From Bradymonadia bacterium (GTDB taxonomy: Bacteria > Myxococcota_A > Bradymonadia > UBA7976 > UBA1532): a stretch of DNA of 64,000 nucleotides. The position numbers were made by a program, and so were the translations under genes. The notes beneath the pieces are model-generated. The model did not search any database and had not been told where the DNA came from. It saw only the letters and a list, made by a program, of their open reading frames with translations. The DNA lies in the NCBI GenBank assembly GCA_046290225.1, contig JBKAGE010000001.1, forward strand, positions 64,001 to 128,000, written 5' to 3'. Of the stretch, positions 56,696 through 64,000 are shown in pieces (position 1 is the first letter of the stretch; every line of letters starts with the position of its first letter).

Positions 56696-59455
56696 CCCTT
56701 TGACGGGCAACACCCATCGATCCACCCAGCACGTACGACTGTATGGCCGGTTCACCACCTCACCGAGATCATCGTAGATGGACTGGGTCAGGCGACGGCC
56801 GTGGCGCCTGGAGGTCTGATCCAGCGCGCGCCATCGCTCGAGTTCAACCTCTTGCGCAACTCGCCTCGACGTTTCCCGGGGCATCACCAGACCCTGCAAC
56901 CCCAGCGCAGGGGCCAGCCCATGTTTCAACGCCCGTATCACGTGCTTTCGCAGCCTCTTATTCGACTCTGACAGATAGATGCCCGAGAGCAGCAAGACAG
57001 GTCGACTCCTGGCCAGCAGCCCGTACCCACCAAAGGCGAAGCCCACAGGCAGCCCATCTGGATCGAGGATCTGCATGGCCACCGAGAGCGGATCAGCCCA
57101 GAGTGACCAGAGCCATTGAGCCGTCTGCATACCGCTGTTGTAACTGTAGCTCTCACTGCTGAAACAGCAGTGTGTGGCATCTGCCAGACGTGGCCAGGTC
57201 AGGATGTCGGTGCACTTGTCCAGCCATTGAAGCGCATATCCGTCCTCGAAATACATCTTCGACGGCCCCTGCCCTGGCCATCGCCCCATGTGGAGCGCGC
57301 TCATGTGCCTGGCCACGTCGCCCTCCAGGTGAGCGCCCCACTGCATCAACCGCATCTTGTTGATCCGCTTGCTGAGGCGCGCCATCGCCTTCAGGCTCTG
57401 CTGGTATCGAGCAGGTGTCCATGGCGTGCTCTTCCGAGGCAGCCTCGGCGGATGAAGCAACATCTGCCTCGCCAGCGCCCGCTCGTCCGTACTCAAGGTC
57501 TCCACCAGCTGTGTCGGCGACCGCGTGCAATGGTCATCAACCTCTGCTTGCACTTCGGTCAGCCACAGCCCCCCATCAAGAGACCAGCCCCGCCACTCGC
57601 CAATGGCTGCGATGGTCCTGAGCTGTTCGGCCTCCAGGCATGTCGGGCACGCCTTGATCAGTGCCCGCAGCCAGGGCAGCGGATCCACACCAACCCGATA
57701 GAGCCGTTGCCCCAGGTCGAGCCAGGCGTTGACGATGGCCTCGGGCAGCACGCCGCCCTCGACCAGATGGCGCAGCGTTCGAGCAGACTCAGGGCCAAGA
57801 CGGGTCAGCAACCATGGGGTCGATTGCTTGGGCATCACGTGCTCGAGGACTTTGGTGAGGGGTAAAAACAACGGATGACCCTGCGGCACCTGATCCAGCA
57901 GATGAGCCACCTTCTTGCCTGTGTGCGGGTCTTTCAGCAGAGACAGAACCCGCAGGCGCGCTTGAGCAGCTGGAGTGAAGACGCGCTCTGGCTGACTGAT
58001 CGTCCCCCTGAGCTCACCCAGAGATGCCCGCCGGACCCCCTCTCGATAGACCTTCATCCCGAGGACCAGGCGCTGCTCGTCGACGAGCGCTCTCGGCACC
58101 CCACTGGTCTGGGCCATGGCATCAACCGCCCCGTCGATCCGCTTGCCCATCTCGTCGATGAGCCACATGCACCACAGCCGCCACTCCGAGCTCAGCTGAC
58201 TCACAGCATGCATCGTAGACACATCGACCGCCTTGAGGCGCCGGAAGACATTGAGCACTTTTTGATGGCCTGTAGGGGCAAAGAGCACGCGATACACTGA
58301 TCGCTTTGCCGTATCTGGCAGGGTGTCCTCGGATGATTTGGCCCAGACTTCGACCCAGGCCAGCCCCAGCGCCTGCTGCTCTGACACGCTGAGTGCTCTG
58401 TAGTCGTCACACAACGTTTCCAGGACCTCCATCCCTTTCCAGGCGCGACCTGCCACAGCGTGGAGTCTCGCCCTAGCGAGGGCGACGCTCGATGGTGGGT
58501 AGAGCCCCGTGGAGGCCCAACGCTCACCAGACTGCAGCGCCTTGCGCGCTTCTGCGGTGGCGCCGGCTTGCCACAGCAGGGGGGCGAGCTTCAACGCAGC
58601 TCTGCCGCGCCTCGCCCCCTCGGGGTATGCGCTCAACAATAACCAGGCTTCTCGAGGGCAGCCTCGGGCCACGGCGTCGCTCACCGCTCTGTCCAGGGCG
58701 AGGAGTCGCGCGCTGCGTTGTCGCAACCCTTCTATCGCGCTCAGCGCCCGCTTGACCCCGTGGAAGCGATGCAGAATACGGACGGACCACGCCTCCGCTC
58801 GATCGAGCATTCGTTTCGGCAGCTCGCTCTGCCTCGCCTTGATCCAGGGCAACAGCCCTGCCCCTGCAGCATGCTCGCAGCTCAGATCGACCGCTCGCGC
58901 CCAGAGAGAGAAGCTCATGGGAAACTGAGCTTCTTGCCCTGGGCGACGCAGATCGACACAACATGCGTTGGGATCATCACGGCGCCAGGTGCCCCGTTTG
59001 AGTAACCGGATCATCCGCTCGTAGTCGTTCGGATTCACCTCGTCGAGCATCTTCCAAGCAGCCTTCGACGCGCCCAGCTTCATCAGATCCTTGATGCGCT
59101 CGACGACGGGGTAGGCCCCATTGACGGGCCTCAACAACGCCATCCAGCTCAGCGCATCCTCTGCGAGATACGGATCAGAGTCGTGGATCGCGCGCTGAAG
59201 CGCCCTGGCCGCGATACGCACCGACTCATCTTGTGCGTCCACGAAGGGTTCAAGCCGTTTGAGTACCCTGGTTTTGACCCCAGGGCTCTCCATATTTCTG
59301 GTCATCAGATTGCCCAGGAGGGCGAGATCGAATGCAAAGGCGTGGGCCTCGCATCTTTGGGTCAGGCCCCAGTTGATCCACTCACCGAAGTGCGGCTCAG
59401 CTGATGTGCTGGACACACCGAATCGCTTCGCCTCAATAGACGTATTCGCAGTCAT
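56663..59455 (-). CDS. Large hypothetical helical protein with a conserved-looking C-terminal alpha/beta domain
   Basis: Open frame of about 930 codons filling the gap; C-terminal LADATHCCFSS...WADP...PVGFAFG...LLLSGIYL. Start uncertain. Confidence 0.68.
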   Translation of the reverse strand: MTANTSIEAKRFGVSSTSAEPHFGEWINWGLTQRCEAHAFAFDLALLGNLMTRNMESPGVKTRVLKRLEPFVDAQDESVRIAARALQRAIHDSDPYLAEDALSWMALLRPVNGAYPVVERIKDLMKLGASKAAWKMLDEVNPNDYERMIRLLKRGTWRRDDPNACCVDLRRPGQEAQFPMSFSLWARAVDLSCEHAAGAGLLPWIKARQSELPKRMLDRAEAWSVRILHRFHGVKRALSAIEGLRQRSARLLALDRAVSDAVARGCPREAWLLLSAYPEGARRGRAALKLAPLLWQAGATAEARKALQSGERWASTGLYPPSSVALARARLHAVAGRAWKGMEVLETLCDDYRALSVSEQQALGLAWVEVWAKSSEDTLPDTAKRSVYRVLFAPTGHQKVLNVFRRLKAVDVSTMHAVSQLSSEWRLWCMWLIDEMGKRIDGAVDAMAQTSGVPRALVDEQRLVLGMKVYREGVRRASLGELRGTISQPERVFTPAAQARLRVLSLLKDPHTGKKVAHLLDQVPQGHPLFLPLTKVLEHVMPKQSTPWLLTRLGPESARTLRHLVEGGVLPEAIVNAWLDLGQRLYRVGVDPLPWLRALIKACPTCLEAEQLRTIAAIGEWRGWSLDGGLWLTEVQAEVDDHCTRSPTQLVETLSTDERALARQMLLHPPRLPRKSTPWTPARYQQSLKAMARLSKRINKMRLMQWGAHLEGDVARHMSALHMGRWPGQGPSKMYFEDGYALQWLDKCTDILTWPRLADATHCCFSSESYSYNSGMQTAQWLWSLWADPLSVAMQILDPDGLPVGFAFGGYGLLARSRPVLLLSGIYLSESNKRLRKHVIRALKHGLAPALGLQGLVMPRETSRRVAQEVELERWRALDQTSRRHGRRLTQSIYDDLGEVVNRPYSRTCWVDRWVLPVKGSVSVDRADQR

Positions 59456-59935
59456 ACCACCCACTTTCAACAACAGTCAGAAGTATCGATTCATCTCGAC
59501 GGCGGCATGTTCGAGCATGGGAGGACACACAATGCCCGCCTGCTCGACTCAACAGACCCCCAGACCTCTATGTCTGGTGGCAGCAGCCACTCGCCACGAC
59601 AACAAAATATCGGGATGACCTGCAGTTACACGCGTACAACGCCCCTGTCGAAGATGCTCAGGGGGGTAAAATCAGCCGATTGAATGCCTGCGTGTAAATC
59701 TGCAGGAGTTGTTCAAATGAAGGTGAAGAGATGCAACATGACACGGCTCCTGCTGCTGGAGTGGAGGGTTCGTCGAGGACTATAGTGATGGATTTTCGCA
59801 AATACAAGATAGAGGCGAAAATTTGTCTGTTCAGGTTGCGTACTCTGCGCTGAGGCACAAAGAAGAAGCACAGAAACCTGTCGTGAGATCTCCCCATGCG
59901 TCGCCCCAGAAGACGAACGACGAGCACGGGAGTGA

Positions 59936-60874
59936 ATGATGCGTTGGCTGATGATGATGTGTTTGGTGAGCATGATGGCCTGTCACGAGGCCGAAGATGC
60001 ATCGAACTCGGAGCCACTCGGAGAAAACGAGCAGAATGCTGGAGAGGCCTTTGCCCCTGGACAGCCCGCCGAGGATGCCATGCCTGAGGGTGATGCGGGG
60101 ACGAGTTCGCCAGATGCCCAGGCCAATCGGCCCGATGCGATGTCAGACATCCCGGAGTCGGCCCCCGATGCCATGATGCCCAATGCCGAGATGCCCGACG
60201 CAGAGATGCCTGCGAGACCTTTGTTCGAGGCCAGCTTTGACGGCCCTGACGGCGCCGAGTGGCCTGCGCCGTGGTCGATCTCAGGTGGTGTGGAGTCTGC
60301 CACCCTCGAAGACGGTATGGCCTGCCTCGTGCCCTCGATCAGCGACTACTCCCTCGGCCGCATGCACGCGCCCCTCGGCGCGACGAACGTCGAGGTCCTG
60401 TTCACCCTCCGCTTCAGCCATGTGCGTCGCCAGGGCATAGGGTTCTACGTACGACAAAACGGCGCCTACCTCGCCACCGAAGATCCTGCGGGGACCGGTT
60501 ACGCCATCTTCATCGAAGGCTTCCGCGGCGACGGCATTGGCCTATGGAGAGAGGTCGAAGGTCACGAGCAGGACATCGACATCCACTTCAATGACGCCCT
60601 CGACTTGCAGGACGGGGTGCGCTACCGCGTGCGCTTCCGAGCAGCGCGACAGGGTGACGGCACTCTGCTTCAGGGACGCATTTGGCCCGAAGATGAAGCT
60701 GAGCCCGACACGTGGCAGATCGAAGCCCAGGACGACACCCGCGGATTGCAGGACCAACCTCTCGGCATCGCGGTGGACAGCTGGAACAACTTCGACGTGG
60801 AAGATCCCGGACCTGCAGTGCGGGGTGCCACCTGTGTCGACGACATCTCCATCCGTGCGCTTGCTGGTGAATGA
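59936..60874 (+). CDS. Lipoprotein with a beta-sandwich (ConA/LamG-like) domain
   Basis: GGGAG RBS, MMAC lipobox, PDA linker; FEASFDG and YRVRFR...LQGRIWP....EP.TW...D. Confidence 0.72.
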   Translation: MMRWLMMMCLVSMMACHEAEDASNSEPLGENEQNAGEAFAPGQPAEDAMPEGDAGTSSPDAQANRPDAMSDIPESAPDAMMPNAEMPDAEMPARPLFEASFDGPDGAEWPAPWSISGGVESATLEDGMACLVPSISDYSLGRMHAPLGATNVEVLFTLRFSHVRRQGIGFYVRQNGAYLATEDPAGTGYAIFIEGFRGDGIGLWREVEGHEQDIDIHFNDALDLQDGVRYRVRFRAARQGDGTLLQGRIWPEDEAEPDTWQIEAQDDTRGLQDQPLGIAVDSWNNFDVEDPGPAVRGATCVDDISIRALAGE

Positions 60875-61017
60875 CATGTGTCCCGTGAGACGTCCCCTGG
60901 GACACGGGGTGACTCTCCGGCGCCCCATTCCTCCAGTAGTATTTCAATTCAACCACTTACGCATTCTGGCATGGTCTCTGAAAAGGCGTCGAGGCACACC
61001 TTCTTCGGAGCACTGCC

Positions 61018-63699
61018 ATGTCGTTTCTTCGCACCCTAACTACGCTGAGCGCTGCCTGTCTCGCCCTCGCCGCCTGTGATCCCAACGACGAGCTCGCCGA
61101 GCACGGCGCCGACGTCATGAGCCCTTCGGACGGCACGCCTGTCGATCGACCTCAAGATGCCCCACCTGGGGCCTGTCTCGAAGGTGTGGAGGCGAGGCAC
61201 TGGCCTGAGACGCTGGGCGATGCGCCAGCAGGTGCCACGCACATCGCCTGCCTCTCGATCAGAAACGACACAGACGTCGACCGTACAGAGGTCGCCCGCT
61301 CCGGGGTGCCACTCCCCGTCACGCTGGGTCTCACCGAGACATCACGACTCATTCTCGTGGGACCTGATGGCCAGCGCGTGCCCGCTCAGTTCGAGCCCCT
61401 CGCTCGCTGGGGATCTACAGTGGACGACATAGAGGCCCCACTCCAATGGGTACAGGTCTCAACACCGGTGACACTGCCTGCAGGCGACACGGCGCGTGGC
61501 AGCCTCATGATCCTCGATCGGGCAGCAGCCCCTGACGAGATGGGGATGCAGATGATGACTGACGGGACAGAGATATCCATCGACACAGGCACCGCCCAGT
61601 TCACCCTCGACTCTGATGCCCCCGGTCTCTTTCAGCGGATTTTGACGGGTGAGGTTGAACAGATCTTTGATGCCGAGCGCAGTGGCTTCGAGGTACACCT
61701 TGGTGATGGCACGATGCTCTCCCCGAGCAACGCGGTGATCGAGGGCTTCGAGATCGTCGAGCAAGGCCCGGTGCGGGTTGTGCTCCATCAACGTGGGCAT
61801 CTCGTCGACCCTGGAGGCGCCACCCGATGTATGGCCTCGGGCTCGCCTTATGAACGGCTGGCCTTCGATCTGGTGGCCGCATTCCACCGCAGCTCGGGCG
61901 ACGTCGATCTTCAAGTTCATCTGACGCAGACATGTGGTGACGCCTTCTCGGGGCCCTGGACCGACGATGGCTTGCAGGTGGAGTCTGCGCAGTGGCGCCT
62001 CGTGGGTTTTGAGGGCGCTCAGCTCTGGGTCGGGGGCACCGAGCAGGTCAGCGCCGTGGAGGGCGCCTCGGTACAGGTGATTCAACGCAAGGGCAGCGGC
62101 GCGCCATGGACCCGCCGCGCCGAGGTGCGTCTCGATGCCCAGGTGACTGAGCGCGCCGAGGCCTTCGACGCTCCATTTGTGGCTCTCGGCAACGCAGCGG
62201 CAGCATGGTCACTGCAAATGCCATGGATGCGCTTCCGGGAGCCTCAAGGACTGCGTGCGACGGCTGATCCTCGAGGTGGCGCCCTGGCGCTGGAGCTCAT
62301 CAGCGAGCCTCTGTACGTCGGCGAGGCTCGAGGCCTGTGGCACACAGCCCGCCTGTCCATGATCGCCCAGCCAGACGAAGGGGCCCTCGAACAGGCTCGA
62401 CGCCGTGGAGTGGCGGCCCTGGAGCGCGGCCTGCTCGTCTCCACAGACCTCGATGCCTTCAATACCGCTCAGGTCATGCCACCTCTCGGCCAGAGCGGCT
62501 CGGCGATGGATCTCGCCTTCACTGCGCTGATGCACACGCTGCACACAGACACGGTGCAGTCTCAGTGGGCCCGCTCTCGGAGCTATGGCAGCCAGCTGTG
62601 GCCCGACACGCACGCCGATCCGTGGGTGATCGACCAGCCCTCCCCCATGGCCATGACTGCCAACATGAACTACTGGAACCCCACAGGCGCAGAGTTGTTG
62701 GAGTTCTGGCGTACGGGGGATCCGCAGTGGGCATGGGAGATGGCTCTGCCGGGCAGCTGGCTGCAGATGTACAGCGCCTACTACAACATCGGCGACGAGG
62801 GCCACGGCAACCGGAACGGCTTTGCAGTCACCTCGGGTGGCAGCGGCGAAGGTCAGTGGCATCGCAGCAGCTTCGGGAGCGACGATTACAGTTACAACCA
62901 GGGGATGGCCGACGCCTACCTGCTCCGACCCGACCCGCTCTTCAGGGCTCGGCTGAGGCAAGCAGGTCTGACCGCGACGACTCGGTACAGCGTGGCTGAT
63001 GAAGACGCCCGGGAACAGTATGTCAATCATGTAGACATCACCCGCCAGACCATCCAGCACTATGAAATGCTGATGAACTGCGCCCGCTTTGTCCCTGGCC
63101 CTGAAGGTGCCACCTGTCTGCGCCGCTCGGTGGACATCATGGCGGAGCTGTACCGCGACAACCTCGCCCTGGGCCTCATGTGTCAGGGCGATCTGCGGCA
63201 GGCCGATCGCTGCGACACACCTCAACAGTTCATGCAGAACGCCATGATGTACCGCTTCTTCTACACCTGGCTGCTCAGCTTCGAGGCTCACCCGAGTGCA
63301 CCGGCAGGCCTGCGTGCAGCTCTGGTGGACGTCGGACGCAATCTGCTTGCGTTCACCACCCCCTCTGAGGACGGGCTCATCGACACAGCTGCTGACTTTG
63401 CCGCAGGGCTCAGCTGCACCGTGGCCGAAGACACCATCACGACGTGTGTCCCAGCGTTGGACTCCGATGGACTTCTGGCCATGTATCGACCCACACGGCC
63501 CCATACGCTGGTGCCCATCGCCATCGCCGGCTGGCTCGGCGACGACGAAGACCTCACCGGCTCGGCGTGCACAGCCCTCGAAGACGCCGCGCTCTTCGAG
63601 GGTTGGGGTGACTTCTTCGTCGAAGGCGCGGGGTATTGGAAGGGCGCCAACCAGATGATTCAGGGGATGGGCTTTGGCCCCGGAGCCTGCCTGCCCTGA
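61018..63699 (+). CDS. Lipoprotein of the PcRGLX/YetA-like (exo-rhamnogalacturonan lyase-like) family
   Basis: Lipobox LAAC; SGVPLP, VPAQFEPLARW...LQWV, IDTG..QFTL, IVEQGPVRVV; helical C-half (NYW, EFWRTGDP). Confidence 0.75.
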   Translation: MSFLRTLTTLSAACLALAACDPNDELAEHGADVMSPSDGTPVDRPQDAPPGACLEGVEARHWPETLGDAPAGATHIACLSIRNDTDVDRTEVARSGVPLPVTLGLTETSRLILVGPDGQRVPAQFEPLARWGSTVDDIEAPLQWVQVSTPVTLPAGDTARGSLMILDRAAAPDEMGMQMMTDGTEISIDTGTAQFTLDSDAPGLFQRILTGEVEQIFDAERSGFEVHLGDGTMLSPSNAVIEGFEIVEQGPVRVVLHQRGHLVDPGGATRCMASGSPYERLAFDLVAAFHRSSGDVDLQVHLTQTCGDAFSGPWTDDGLQVESAQWRLVGFEGAQLWVGGTEQVSAVEGASVQVIQRKGSGAPWTRRAEVRLDAQVTERAEAFDAPFVALGNAAAAWSLQMPWMRFREPQGLRATADPRGGALALELISEPLYVGEARGLWHTARLSMIAQPDEGALEQARRRGVAALERGLLVSTDLDAFNTAQVMPPLGQSGSAMDLAFTALMHTLHTDTVQSQWARSRSYGSQLWPDTHADPWVIDQPSPMAMTANMNYWNPTGAELLEFWRTGDPQWAWEMALPGSWLQMYSAYYNIGDEGHGNRNGFAVTSGGSGEGQWHRSSFGSDDYSYNQGMADAYLLRPDPLFRARLRQAGLTATTRYSVADEDAREQYVNHVDITRQTIQHYEMLMNCARFVPGPEGATCLRRSVDIMAELYRDNLALGLMCQGDLRQADRCDTPQQFMQNAMMYRFFYTWLLSFEAHPSAPAGLRAALVDVGRNLLAFTTPSEDGLIDTAADFAAGLSCTVAEDTITTCVPALDSDGLLAMYRPTRPHTLVPIAIAGWLGDDEDLTGSACTALEDAALFEGWGDFFVEGAGYWKGANQMIQGMGFGPGACLP

Positions 63700-63746
63700 T
63701 CTCCCTCTGGCTCCCTTCTCGACGTCGTGGCATCATCTACGGGTCA

Positions 63747-63989
63747 ATGAGGGGGCAGTCAGAAACCGTGATCTCCAATCCGCTCGAGGCCACCACGCCC
63801 GAGGCACTCTTCGGTGCCGAGGCTTTGGCAGATGCCAGGCAGCTCAAACGCGTTTATGCGCGTTTGATTCGCGTACACACGCCTGAGCAGGCCCCTGAGG
63901 TGTTCGCACACATTCGCTGTCTCTACGAACAGGCTCAGTCATCACTCGCCGAAGGCACACCGCGCTGCTACTCTGGCCAGCTCGCGTAG
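63747..63989 (+). CDS. Short J-domain-like ORF, possibly truncated
   Basis: ADARQLKRVYARLIRVHTPEQAPEVFAHIRCLYEQA; the HPD motif is replaced by TPE; TAG at 63987-63989. Confidence 0.55.
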   Translation: MRGQSETVISNPLEATTPEALFGAEALADARQLKRVYARLIRVHTPEQAPEVFAHIRCLYEQAQSSLAEGTPRCYSGQLA

Positions 63990-64000
63990 AGCTGGTCGCG

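Noticed and set aside
59474..59935. Small ORFs and hairpins in the AT-richer intergenic gap
   Set aside because: The ORFs lack an RBS and host codon bias; the hairpins (e.g. TTTTCGC...GCGAAAA) are short enough to arise by chance.

Overview
GC-rich bacterial chromosome segment, probably Myxococcota/Bradymonadia-like. This is inferred from a MYXO-CTERM sorting signal, a DUF1592-type protein, and many lipoproteins with Pro/Asp/Ala-rich linkers. It holds about 41 densely packed CDS, with housekeeping genes (serC, trpF, menH-like, yigZ, plsC-like) mixed among many secreted or surface proteins. I found no rRNA, tRNA or CRISPR array. Main points: (1) a four-gene Zorya type III-like operon (DUF3348/ZorF, ZorA, ZorB, DUF2894/ZorG; 23291-27789), whose ZorA tail has eight His-containing 11-aa repeats and which runs straight into a TIGR02757 HhH/Fe-S gene; (2) an unannotated 159-bp MITE (17622-17780) with 14/16 terminal inverted repeats and a TTA target duplication, folding into a G·U-rich rod on the + strand; (3) a beta-barrel/OmpA gene coupled to a 1676-aa Cys-repeat lipoprotein and a MYXO-CTERM subtilase, loosely TraAB-like; (4) a possible split vitellogenin/MTP-like plus TULIP-like lipid-handling cluster interrupted by an Rpn C-terminal remnant; (5) a fused double-MlaF ABC ATPase with one degenerate signature motif. 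All family assignments come from motifs read by eye; no database search was run.
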